Source: Candidatus Thorarchaeota archaeon (GTDB taxonomy: Archaea > Asgardarchaeota > Thorarchaeia > Thorarchaeales > Thorarchaeaceae). From it: a stretch of 50,085 nt of DNA. Positions 29,711-39,024 of the stretch are shown one piece after another. The translations under genes were made by a program, and so were the position numbers. The stretch's first letter is position 1. Each line of letters begins with the position of its first letter. The notes beneath the pieces are model-generated. The model ran no database searches. It was not told the origin of the DNA and saw only the letters and a program-made list of their open reading frames with translations. Where the stretch lies: positions 1 to 50,085 of the forward strand of contig JBHLRQ010000012.1 of the NCBI GenBank assembly GCA_048882385.1. The letters are read 5' to 3'.

Positions 29711-30649
29711 TTAAATGCCAGAATCACGAATCATCTCTTCAATCTTTATCTTTCCAAGCCTTGTAAATTTCCGTACAGGATAGGATAATAGAACATCAAC
29801 TGATTTTGAAAACGGTGTATTCTTTGTACTTCTAGATATCTCTTCAGCATCACGAAAATGATTCGTAACGAACTTAGCAAAGAGGATTGGTTCCATTGCA
29901 GAATAAAACGAGAACCAATAATCATCAGGAAATCTTTCCCGTAGCCATTCATCGATCGCATCCATTCGTGAAACTTGTTCGTCGTACTCAATTTTGAGAT
30001 AGAACTCAGTATTCTGTCCTAAACTCAGATTCCATCTCACTGCAAACCAGAAAGCATTGCTACTTTGCATCTCTTGGATGGCTCTACTCACTCGTCTAGA
30101 AGTAAGACCGGACTGCTCAGAGATTTCACTGACCTGCATCCGAGCATCATCAAGGAGATATTTCAATACACGAAGGTGCAGATTCTTTATTTCAAACATC
30201 TCACCAGGTTTTGTTAAAATAGTATGCAGCTCAATATTCGTCACCGATTCCAAAGTTCTAAGGAATGACCCTACATTCTGTAGACCTTCTGCACCTATGT
30301 ACTCGCAATGGAGGAAGTACAGACGACCTGTTCCAGTTACAATTTGTCCGACTTGAATAATCATAAGATGAGAACCCAAATGTTCCATGAACTTTTCTTC
30401 ATTCTCGGATCCGTCAGTAGAAACTAGAGCAATAAGATAATCTGATCCCATCATAGCAGGCCTTAGCACAATCGAGTACTCTTCAATAACACCAGTTTCA
30501 ATAAGTCGATCCATTCTCTTCTTGACGGCATTGGCAGTCACTCCCAACATGTCTGCTAGAGACTGATAGGACAATCTACAGTTTTCATCAAGTGCAAGAA
30601 GAATGGTTTTATCTGTTGGGTCCAATTTGTCCACCGTGACTGAGCTCAC
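29711..30649 (-). CDS. Lrp/AsnC-family regulator with two HTH modules
   Basis: LDPTDKTILLALDENCRLSYQSLADMLGVTANAVKKRM and a second HTH, LRVLKYLLDDARMQVSEISEQSGLTSRRV. Confidence 0.85.
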   Translation of the reverse strand: MSSVTVDKLDPTDKTILLALDENCRLSYQSLADMLGVTANAVKKRMDRLIETGVIEEYSIVLRPAMMGSDYLIALVSTDGSENEEKFMEHLGSHLMIIQVGQIVTGTGRLYFLHCEYIGAEGLQNVGSFLRTLESVTNIELHTILTKPGEMFEIKNLHLRVLKYLLDDARMQVSEISEQSGLTSRRVSRAIQEMQSSNAFWFAVRWNLSLGQNTEFYLKIEYDEQVSRMDAIDEWLRERFPDDYWFSFYSAMEPILFAKFVTNHFRDAEEISRSTKNTPFSKSVDVLLSYPVRKFTRLGKIKIEEMIRDSGI

Positions 30650-31029
30650 TCAGTCTTTGGTGGTATTAGAGCTCTAAATAGATTATCTTCAGGAGCTTCT
30701 TTCAATTCTTTCGAAGCACAATAGATGCATCCTGTACCGATGACAGATAATTCAAAGCCAACTTCTCTTAGTTTCCTAAGATATTGTATATGTTCAAAAA
30801 GTCGATCAATCATTTCAGACGAATCCAAAACCGATGAACCATTTTCCTCTGGAAATGACATTTCAACCTCAATAACAAGTGAGTTTTCTTCCTCCTCCTC
30901 CTCATAACTATCAAGCAGAATTCGTACCCATGGTGTTCGATAAAGGAGAGTTGATACGTCATTTGGGTCTGTCTTTGCTCTGATTCGAGAAGCCGCTTCG
31001 TTGAATTTCTCTTTTAGGTTGAGTGTCAT
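30646..31029 (-). CDS. Hypothetical acidic protein (127 aa), coupled to the Lrp gene
   Basis: GTGA stop/start overlap; plausible amino-acid composition. Confidence 0.7.
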   Translation of the reverse strand: MTLNLKEKFNEAASRIRAKTDPNDVSTLLYRTPWVRILLDSYEEEEEENSLVIEVEMSFPEENGSSVLDSSEMIDRLFEHIQYLRKLREVGFELSVIGTGCIYCASKELKEAPEDNLFRALIPPKTE

Positions 31030-31140
31030 CTTGTGATAGAATTAGATTGAATTGAATATGAAATAGCCTACACCTGCAGGTTAGGAAAATAGCTTCACGG
31101 TATGCGTCTTGAGCAAATAACTAATTCAACCAATGCGAAT

Positions 31141-31821
31141 TTAATCACGAAAGTTCTCGAGAATCTCAACGACCTCACTATCTGATACATCATACCATTT
31201 CTTGTAGGCACTGGCTACAGCGAAGATGAATCCCGATTCAATCCTTGGACATATCAGATAATCAACTTCGCTAGCTATCAAATCGGATGCACTGCCAGAT
31301 GAGGTTGGAACTGCAACGATTATTCGGTTTGGTGCCAGAGTTCGGACTGACTCAATTGCTGCCTTCATAGTGTAACCACTGGCAAGCCCGTCATCTACCA
31401 GAATCACATCTCTGTTTGATGGCTGAATGATACCTACAAGTCCTCGGTAGTCAGCTTTGCGCCTAGCTATCTGATCTTGTGTCTGTTTCACAACCAAGTC
31501 TATCTGTCGTTGATTCAATCCAATCGACCTTACTAAGCTCTCATTTAGTAACAGTGAACCATGAGAGGTAAGTGCTCCAAATCCAGCTTCAGGGTTTCCA
31601 GGAACCTGCAATTTACGAACAATGATAGCATCTAAATCAGCATTTAGAGATTTGGAAATCTCAACACCTACAGGTACACCACCATTTGGAATTGCAAGTA
31701 CAATAGGTCTAGTTTTGAAATCAATTGATTCAAGCTCACGTGCTAAAACCCGTCCTGCTTCCGTGCGATCCTCATAGGAATACAACTGCCTAGCCTCACT
31801 TGATTTACTCAGAGCTTCCAC
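31141..31821 (-). CDS. Phosphoribosyltransferase-family protein
   Basis: DRTEAG, LAIPNGGVPV, VILVDDGLASG (PRPP loop). Confidence 0.9.
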   Translation of the reverse strand: MEALSKSSEARQLYSYEDRTEAGRVLARELESIDFKTRPIVLAIPNGGVPVGVEISKSLNADLDAIIVRKLQVPGNPEAGFGALTSHGSLLLNESLVRSIGLNQRQIDLVVKQTQDQIARRKADYRGLVGIIQPSNRDVILVDDGLASGYTMKAAIESVRTLAPNRIIVAVPTSSGSASDLIASEVDYLICPRIESGFIFAVASAYKKWYDVSDSEVVEILENFRD

Positions 31822-31870
31822 ATAAGGTGTGTGACGAAACTTGATTCAACTTTGAAATCGGGAAGCATAA

Positions 31871-33340
31871 CTATAGATTACGAATCAATCTCTCAAAATG
31901 AGGTTTCAAGAAAGGCAGGTTCTCGTTATCAGCTAGTACCTGAAGTTGGTTTGTGACGTCCCTGAGAAGTGCCTCATCACCAGTCATGATTGCCATCTCG
32001 CCCTTGAGGACTAGAACTTGCCCAATGAATCCCGATAGATTACCTGAAATTGCTCTATCTTCGAGGATAGCTAATGATGGAGAAACTATCTCATCCGAAT
32101 GACAAGATCTCACTTCAATTCTAGCAAGCTGATGAAGGAATATGAGCTCTGTGAGAAATGCTGTCCCTTGACGTTCATAGATTCTGAGAGCTTGCTCAAC
32201 ACTACTAGTAGCCAATGAGAAGTTCTCGTTTTCTGCTTCAATGAGGCCGGTGACAAAATGTAGCCATGCTAAGTGACTCTCATCTCCAGATTTTAGAACT
32301 GATTCGCGAGTTGTGTCAACCAGGACCTGAGCCTCAGTTAGGCGTTTCAGTAAAATCAGTGACCAAGCTTGATTGAGTATTGCTCGATTTAACAAGTATG
32401 GTCTGCTCTTGTATTGTTCCTCAGCCATACATGCCCACTCAAGCCCTGATTCAAAATCACCAATCACATTGTGCAAAACCGATAGTAGATAGGACGCGTT
32501 TCCAGTATTCAGACCGGCTCTCTCTCGAAGAGATACAACATCCAAGAGTCGTTTGATAGCGCTATCAAAGTCACCTCGAATTGCGTCAAGTACGCCTAGA
32601 CCATATATGATTTCAGCATACTCCACAGGTATGCATAATTTAGTTTCAACAATCTTGTACGCCCTCTCAAGCAGCGCTCGAGATTCATCCCGATCACTAT
32701 TCATGATGATTCCAGCTTTCCGTATCAGAAGGTGTGCAATGCGAACTTGTTCATCGAACTTCTCTGCTGCCCTCAGTGCTTTATTTACGCACCTCATTCG
32801 TTCCTCAGAGTCACCGTCTGCATGTGCTCGAATTGCAAGATAGTCATAGAGGCAAGCATCATAGTAACCAAAATCAGGATTTTCATCTATCATTCTACGA
32901 ATAGTGTTCAACACCGAATCTTGATAGATGGTCGTAGGGTAGTTTCTCATGTCAGCCTCAAACTTCATGAAAGTCATTTCAAGGGTAAGCCAATCAGGAG
33001 GATCTGTAGCGAGGACTGCATCAGCCAATTCATGCACCTTTTGTAAGTCCTCTACTGTCCCCTGATAGGCAGAGGAAATGAACAGATTCGGACCGAGTAC
33101 TAGATGATGACCATATTTTTCACGAATTTTGTCAATGAGTTTATAATTCAGTGAGAGGATGGAGTGATGGATAGCAAAATAAACGACCATGACCGGACTT
33201 TCTTTCTCGAGTACTAATTCACCAAGTCGATGTACAAAGTCATAGTAGTCAGATGCTGCCCCCATTATGGTCTCAAGTAAATTCTTTGTTTCCTCTTCGA
33301 TAAATGGGAAGTAGCATGTTATCGTTCCGATAGGATCCAT
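31871..33340 (-). CDS. Helical/TPR-like repeat protein, paralogue 2 (489 aa)
   Basis: Same length as 28125..29594, with shared blocks (SPVMVVYFAIH, LDAIRG.FD, LAWLHFVTG, VSPSLAILE). Confidence 0.8.
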   Translation of the reverse strand: MDPIGTITCYFPFIEEETKNLLETIMGAASDYYDFVHRLGELVLEKESPVMVVYFAIHHSILSLNYKLIDKIREKYGHHLVLGPNLFISSAYQGTVEDLQKVHELADAVLATDPPDWLTLEMTFMKFEADMRNYPTTIYQDSVLNTIRRMIDENPDFGYYDACLYDYLAIRAHADGDSEERMRCVNKALRAAEKFDEQVRIAHLLIRKAGIIMNSDRDESRALLERAYKIVETKLCIPVEYAEIIYGLGVLDAIRGDFDSAIKRLLDVVSLRERAGLNTGNASYLLSVLHNVIGDFESGLEWACMAEEQYKSRPYLLNRAILNQAWSLILLKRLTEAQVLVDTTRESVLKSGDESHLAWLHFVTGLIEAENENFSLATSSVEQALRIYERQGTAFLTELIFLHQLARIEVRSCHSDEIVSPSLAILEDRAISGNLSGFIGQVLVLKGEMAIMTGDEALLRDVTNQLQVLADNENLPFLKPHFERLIRNL

Positions 33341-33395
33341 CTTTTCACTCCCTCTTAGACGGATATCCTAGTACTACACTATGGTTCCACTCCGT

Positions 33396-33410
33396 GAAAA
33401 ATCTTGTTCA
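33396..33410 (-). promoter_or_regulatory. Conserved upstream element of TPR paralogue 2
   Basis: Identical to 29648-29662. Confidence 0.65.
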
Positions 33411-33457
33411 CACAAGAGATATTCAGAGTCTAGGTTATCCCGGAATGTATAACAGAT

Positions 33458-34471
33458 ATGGAATCAAACTTGGAGGTGGTGTTTCGTGTGTCAGATTCAA
33501 AACACAGGTTACTCTACCTTTCACAAGCTGATATCATCAAAATCAACCTACTCATGAATGAGATAATCGAGCAGTTAGAAATAGCATTCGCAGAGAAAGC
33601 TGAAGGGCGGGTCGAGATGCCACCGAAACCGGGAATACATCCAGGTGAGTCAGACAACTTCATACACGCAATGCCTGCTTACATTCCTAAAATGAAGTCT
33701 GCGGGATTGAAGTGGGTGAGTGGATTTCCAAATAACACCCAAAAAGGACTGCCATATATCTCCGGTCTACTAATCCTCAATGACCCGGAAACTGGTTTAC
33801 CCATCTGCGTCATGGATTGCGTTTGGATTACAGCCAAGCGAACAGGTGCTGCTACAGCTGTCGCAGCAAAACATCTCGCTCGGTCTGATGCATCGATTGT
33901 CGGAATTCTTGGTTGCGGAGTTCAGGGGCGGAGTAATATCGAAGCTTTGAGTGTCGTGTTTGCATTGGAACATGTAAGAGCATACGACATTGACCTTAAT
34001 CGTTCAAAAGAATACGCAAGAGAAATTGAAGCAAGTTATGGATTAGCGGTAGAAGTTGTTGATTCACCTAGGGATGCAGTTTCTGGATGTGACATAGTCG
34101 TGACTGCAGGTCCAATCCTCAAAAAACCGCACGCCACAATACAGGCTGGGTGGTTGGAGGAGGGAGCTTTCGCTTCTCTAGTTGATTTTGACTCATATTG
34201 GCACCCAGATGCAATGAAGCAAGTCAATAAATTCTGTACAGACGACATTCTTCAATTGCGACACTATCAAGAGATTGGTTATTTTCAAAACATCCCATCA
34301 ATCTATGCAGATCTCGGGGAACTTGTCGCTGGACAAAAAATGGGACGAGAAACTAATGAAGAACGTACAATTACATGCAACCTCGGACTTGCAATGGATG
34401 ATATGGCTGTAGCTCCTCTGATCTATCAGAAAGCTGTAGAGATAGGAATTGGCTCGTGGTTGCCGCTTTGA
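33458..34471 (+). CDS. Ornithine cyclodeaminase / mu-crystallin / archaeal alanine dehydrogenase family
   Basis: HAMPAY, KWVSGFP.N, ITAKRTGA, GCGVQG, GLAMDD; start may be GTG 33488 after GGAGGTGG. Confidence 0.9.
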   Translation: MESNLEVVFRVSDSKHRLLYLSQADIIKINLLMNEIIEQLEIAFAEKAEGRVEMPPKPGIHPGESDNFIHAMPAYIPKMKSAGLKWVSGFPNNTQKGLPYISGLLILNDPETGLPICVMDCVWITAKRTGAATAVAAKHLARSDASIVGILGCGVQGRSNIEALSVVFALEHVRAYDIDLNRSKEYAREIEASYGLAVEVVDSPRDAVSGCDIVVTAGPILKKPHATIQAGWLEEGAFASLVDFDSYWHPDAMKQVNKFCTDDILQLRHYQEIGYFQNIPSIYADLGELVAGQKMGRETNEERTITCNLGLAMDDMAVAPLIYQKAVEIGIGSWLPL

Positions 34472-34493
34472 GCCAATTTCAATCCAGCGGATT

Positions 34494-35102
34494 TCAGCTG
34501 ACTATACCAACTCTGACTGTCGATACTAAAGCTCTCTTTATGTTATCCCATTGGAAATTAAAACCCGCAGTTACAAGAAGATTCGAGAGACCTCCAATAG
34601 CGCTAATCAGAATCGTAGCAACACTATTAGCATCCACATCTTTTCTGAATTCACCTGATTTTATCCCCTCATTGATTACATCTTCAAGTAATTTGAGAAC
34701 AGCCATCTGTTGCTCTTTGTGTTGCTTTCTCATTTTTGGCAATCTGGATGAGGCAACCTGAAATTCCAGGTCCATCCGACACATCTCATCTGAAACTTCA
34801 CACATAGATGCAAAGACCAAATCTGCAGACCGCTCCAATTTTGCCATTGATGTTGGTTCATTATCAATTATTGTTTTGAGCTGATTGTAATTTATGGTTG
34901 CAAATTTCTTCTGGAGTTCGAGGAATAGAGTTTCCTTGCTATCAAAATAGCCATAGATTGCACCTTTACTGAAACCACTTTTCTTCACAATATCATCCAT
35001 TGATGTTTCATGGTATCCCTTTTTCGAAAATAATGAAAGGGCTGCTAGTAGGATTTTCTCCATCGTCATAGTTTTGTGTTCTTCTGATACTTTGGGAGAC
35101 AT
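34494..35102 (-). CDS. TetR/AcrR-family regulator
   Basis: ILLAALSLFSKKGYHETSMDDIVKKSGFSKGAIYGYFDSKETLF; GIKSGEFR. Confidence 0.93.
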   Translation of the reverse strand: MSPKVSEEHKTMTMEKILLAALSLFSKKGYHETSMDDIVKKSGFSKGAIYGYFDSKETLFLELQKKFATINYNQLKTIIDNEPTSMAKLERSADLVFASMCEVSDEMCRMDLEFQVASSRLPKMRKQHKEQQMAVLKLLEDVINEGIKSGEFRKDVDANSVATILISAIGGLSNLLVTAGFNFQWDNIKRALVSTVRVGIVS

Positions 35103-35127
35103 TCATGCACCTCTTTACTTCTGTTTA

Positions 35128-35145
35128 AAACTGACCAGTCGGTTT
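35128..35145. promoter_or_regulatory. Putative TetR operator (autoregulatory)
   Basis: AAACTGACCAGTCGGTTT, directly downstream of the - strand TTTATA box. Confidence 0.75.
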
Positions 35146-35210
35146 AATATAAATCTTCTGCAATAAGGGAGTGTTGCCCTTGATCTTTCAAGGACAACAA
35201 GCAAACAGTC

Positions 35211-36590
35211 CTACTCATGATCAGAAGTAATCTCACCAAGAGTCAGGATAGACCTATTCGTGCTACCGAAGATCCCGATAATTGCAAGAAGGATTCCTCC
35301 AACAAGGTACCATGCTTGTATACCGAAAGCTTCGCCGATTGCTCCAGCTAAAGCTAGACCAAAGGGAGTCATCGCAGGACCAAGACTAATTAGGACTGTA
35401 AAGACACGACCCTGAATCGCTGGGGGCACAATTGACTGCACAACAGCCATTATAGAGCCACTAGCCAAAGGGATCATCATTCCAGCGATGAACATTCCAC
35501 CTACTGCAATCAGTATCAGATTCGCTGGTGCTAGTCCAACTACAAAGATGCTCGCTGAAGCTGCGAAAAGTGCGACTATTGCAGTGAGCATTCTTCTCTT
35601 GAATCCTCCCCAGACACCAAGTGTTATCCCGCCTAGCACCATTCCAATACCCATCATTGACTCAATCAATGCTAGCTCGAAGGCACCACCTGAGAAGTGG
35701 AGCAGCACGAGGAGTGGAGTGAGAGCAAAGGCAGGAATCAGTACAACGTTAGTCAACATCAGAGCAATCGTGATGAACCTTCCACCTTTCCAGTTCTTCA
35801 TGTAGGAGAATCCTGCGATGATGTCTCTGACAACTCCAGATACACCAGCATCAGGCTTTGATTCAGAGGAGGTAGGTCGAGGAATTCTGATGAACAATAG
35901 AGGCAATATAGCCATTGCAGCTGTAACGACATCTATCAGGATTATGAAATGCATCGGCAAGAGAACCATAAGCATCGCTCCCAGTGCTGGCGCAGCTATC
36001 CTGGCTAGACCCTGAAGTGCCTGGTACATACCGTTCACTCTCGAGAGATGTTCATCTGGAACCATCAGTGATGCAGACGCTTGAAGGGCAGGCCATTGGA
36101 AGCTGCCCAGTGTTGAACGAATAGCCATAACAGCGAATACATGTATGATCTCAACTGCACCCATCGACCAGAGCAGGGACAGTCCAACAATTGTAAGAGC
36201 AGCTAGAGTATCTGAAGCAATCATTACTCTTTTTCGACTCCAACGGTCTACAAGAGCTCCAGAGAATGGACTCACAAGGACCTGTGGTAAAACAACCATC
36301 ATTGTAGCTAGAGAAAGCACTAATGCACTCCCAGTCGTATAGGTCAGCCACCAAACAAGTGCGAACTGAACAAGTGCACTTCCAACCAATGAAAATGCTT
36401 GTCCACCAAAGATCTTCATGTAGTCTCGTGTTTGGTTTTTCTGTGACTCCAGAGTCTGAGTTGAACTCTCAGTGCTCATTGATTCAGATTGAGGTATTAC
36501 AATACTAGCCTGCAGTGCGGTTTGTGAGGCACTGTCAGGGTTTGATTCGGTTTTTGAAAGCAAAGCCAATTTTACTATCTTCCTTCTCAT
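35211..36590 (-). CDS. MFS transporter (DHA3/Mef-like efflux family)
   Basis: GQAFSLVGS, GALVDRWSRKRVMI, FQWPA, QGRVF; about 12 hydrophobic segments. Confidence 0.9.
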   Translation of the reverse strand: MRRKIVKLALLSKTESNPDSASQTALQASIVIPQSESMSTESSTQTLESQKNQTRDYMKIFGGQAFSLVGSALVQFALVWWLTYTTGSALVLSLATMMVVLPQVLVSPFSGALVDRWSRKRVMIASDTLAALTIVGLSLLWSMGAVEIIHVFAVMAIRSTLGSFQWPALQASASLMVPDEHLSRVNGMYQALQGLARIAAPALGAMLMVLLPMHFIILIDVVTAAMAILPLLFIRIPRPTSSESKPDAGVSGVVRDIIAGFSYMKNWKGGRFITIALMLTNVVLIPAFALTPLLVLLHFSGGAFELALIESMMGIGMVLGGITLGVWGGFKRRMLTAIVALFAASASIFVVGLAPANLILIAVGGMFIAGMMIPLASGSIMAVVQSIVPPAIQGRVFTVLISLGPAMTPFGLALAGAIGEAFGIQAWYLVGGILLAIIGIFGSTNRSILTLGEITSDHE

Positions 36591-36596
36591 TTAATA

Positions 36597-36645
36597 AAAC
36601 CGACCATTCGGTTTTTATTATTAAAATAAACCGACTAGTCAGTTT
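36597..36645. promoter_or_regulatory. Two putative TetR operators upstream of the MFS gene
   Basis: AAACCGACCATTCGGTTT (36597-36614) and AAACCGACTAGTCAGTTT (36628-36645); the latter abuts TTTATAA. Confidence 0.75.
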
Positions 36646-36732
36646 ATAAACTTTGTGTTTTGAGAGAAAGTAGTCTAGACGTAATTGTCAATGGTCCAAG
36701 AAAGAGAAAATAGTCAACACCAAGTCTTAATG

Positions 36733-37566
36733 CTAATCAAACTGCTCATCAAGCCATATTCCTAGGGGTTTCAGACTTCCATCAGGAAATTCCGTATGCG
36801 TTCCACCAGCAGCAACATGAAACTTCTTGTTCATCGATGGAATCTCATCAAAGAATGATTGACAAGCCTCAACTGAAAAGAGCGGATCACTGTCACCTAT
36901 GCCAACAAAGACAGGCATAGTTCCGAGATTAGGAATAACAAAGTCTCGTGTTTGTACAATCTTCATGAATCGAAATGTGTAGTTAAAATTGAAAAGAGGA
37001 TCATCTAGTCCAACCATTCCCTCACGGTAATACCGAATTATTGGTTTGCTGGGTCTAAATATCGAATTAAACAATATATTCAGTTTTTGAAGAGTGGAAA
37101 TACTAGGATAAACGTCAGGCCTCGTGGTTCTGGCTCCGCTTAGTAAAACAACGCCATCTATGTTTTCGAGACAATTACCTAGAGCAAAAGCACTCGATAG
37201 AACTCCCAGGCTATGACCCATTAGAACAACTTTAGGATGAATCTGCTTGACAAAATAAATTGCCTCACAAAGGTCTCTGATATATCTCTCTTTACTCGGG
37301 TAGTCTCCTCTATTCCCATCGGAGAGACCATGTCCTCTCAGATCCAAACCATATACAGTGAAACCAAGCTCTGTGAGCGGATTAGTGATTAATCCATATG
37401 GTCCACTATATGCTGTAATCCCATGAAGTAAGAGGATACCAGTATCTTTTGTATCCGATTTTCTGGAATTCCATTTCCTAATGAAGAGTGTTTGATTATC
37501 AGAGGTTGTTAGCAAATGATGGGGACCATCAAACTCACTCCGCAGTGCTTGAATTTCAAGCGTCAT
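36733..37566 (-). CDS. Alpha/beta hydrolase (lysophospholipase / monoacylglycerol lipase-like)
   Basis: LLHG, DLRGHGLS.G.RG, GHSLG nucleophile, D..F, H. Confidence 0.88.
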   Translation of the reverse strand: MTLEIQALRSEFDGPHHLLTTSDNQTLFIRKWNSRKSDTKDTGILLLHGITAYSGPYGLITNPLTELGFTVYGLDLRGHGLSDGNRGDYPSKERYIRDLCEAIYFVKQIHPKVVLMGHSLGVLSSAFALGNCLENIDGVVLLSGARTTRPDVYPSISTLQKLNILFNSIFRPSKPIIRYYREGMVGLDDPLFNFNYTFRFMKIVQTRDFVIPNLGTMPVFVGIGDSDPLFSVEACQSFFDEIPSMNKKFHVAAGGTHTEFPDGSLKPLGIWLDEQFD

Positions 37567-37785
37567 GATATCACCCTGGGAATGTAAGTTCTCGTGCCTA
37601 AAGTATTCTCGCTATTCTGAAATAAGCGATGCTTCAGCTTGGAATATACAATCGTTTCATAAAATCATGATAATGGGGCAATCCGAAGAACTACAATAAC
37701 ACAAGATGACATGTCATAGTCTAAGAAATGATGGAATAAACGGTTCGCATATTCCAGTCTCATCTTATCATTTGCAGTTAATATT

Positions 37786-39024
37786 TCACGAATTTCTTTT
37801 TCTCCTTAATGAAACAACGATTACAGTAACGCTTGTTATAATGGGAATGGAAATACCGAGAACCACTGGGAGAGATATCAGATTTGAAGAAGTATTGCTG
37901 GTCGTCGTAGTAGATGTGCTGTTGAAGTTAGTCCAGTTCAATCTGTATGAATTAGCAGAAGGAACATATTCTTCCAGATATGCTCGAGCTTTTTCAACAT
38001 TCAATGCTCCAAATCCGGATTTCTCATCCCAACCCGTGTCCAACATATCAGTAGCACCCCAAACCATCGCATCTTCAATTTGACCATTTGATGCCCATGG
38101 AAACTGATTCCAGAGAAGAACAGCTGAAGCTGCAACTATTGGTGTTGAGCAGGATGACCCTCCGAATGTGCCATAATCACCTGTAGTCTGCATGTATGCA
38201 GGCACACCACCAGCAGGACCAACTAGAAACAACTTATCACCGTATCCACCCTCATTGAATGTACCTGTACTGTCAAATCTACCAATGACTCGAACATACG
38301 GCAATGACTGCGGAATGTCCTTTGGATGTAGTGGATAGAGAGTATTATCACATGCTGCAAAAAAGAGTGCTTCCCCGCTTTCATGAAGTTCTGTAACCTT
38401 ATTTTGAAGTTCAACCAGGACAGGATCATCTAATTCGAGCATGTATACTGTTGCGAGAAAACTCATCGTGAACACCATTTTTCCAAAGCTAGTGCCCCAT
38501 TCGAATATGTCAATTAATTTCTGTAAGTAAATTCGATACGAAACAACATCATCAGTAGGATAACTGCCCCAAGGCCACGCACAGTACAGTGGGGCGTTTA
38601 CTATCCCTGCCACTCCTATGTTGTTATTGATTGTTGAAGCTGCTACTGATGCAACTGCAGCTTCATGAGAACTCGAACTGGAAGTTGGGTAAGGTAGATA
38701 TGAAGTCATATTGTCATTCCATGAAAAACTAGCCTTTTCAGATACATTCAGGTCCCCATTTTGATAATCAATGATAGCCTCCCCCACTATACATAACCCA
38801 ACACTCTCTGGAGAATCAAAGAAGTAGCCATGGTCCCAAACACTATGAATATTGATTGCATCCAAATGCCATGGATCTCCAATAGGATCATTTGGAATGA
38901 ATCCCAGAATAAGGGGGAGATTACCAAATGAGTGGATTATGATCAAGAATATTGTTGCACACATTAAAGCAGTTGGCCTGGAGAAAAATGATCTTGAACC
39001 TGCTTTCCTAATGCCCATTTTCAA
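37786..39024 (-). CDS. Divergent subtilisin-like (S8) protease, secreted and C-terminally anchored
   Basis: WHLDAIN, NNNIGVAGI, GGSSCSTPIVAAS, GATDM...GWD..SGFG.LN; Ser/Thr linker, TM helix, RRKR. Confidence 0.78.
   Translation of the reverse strand: MKMGIRKAGSRSFFSRPTALMCATIFLIIIHSFGNLPLILGFIPNDPIGDPWHLDAINIHSVWDHGYFFDSPESVGLCIVGEAIIDYQNGDLNVSEKASFSWNDNMTSYLPYPTSSSSSHEAAVASVAASTINNNIGVAGIVNAPLYCAWPWGSYPTDDVVSYRIYLQKLIDIFEWGTSFGKMVFTMSFLATVYMLELDDPVLVELQNKVTELHESGEALFFAACDNTLYPLHPKDIPQSLPYVRVIGRFDSTGTFNEGGYGDKLFLVGPAGGVPAYMQTTGDYGTFGGSSCSTPIVAASAVLLWNQFPWASNGQIEDAMVWGATDMLDTGWDEKSGFGALNVEKARAYLEEYVPSANSYRLNWTNFNSTSTTTTSNTSSNLISLPVVLGISIPIITSVTVIVVSLRRKRNS

Noticed and set aside
31072-37717. 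Short perfect palindromes ACCTGCAGGT (31072-31081) and ATGACATGTCAT (37706-37717)
   Set aside because: Single occurrences of a length expected by chance in 50 kb.
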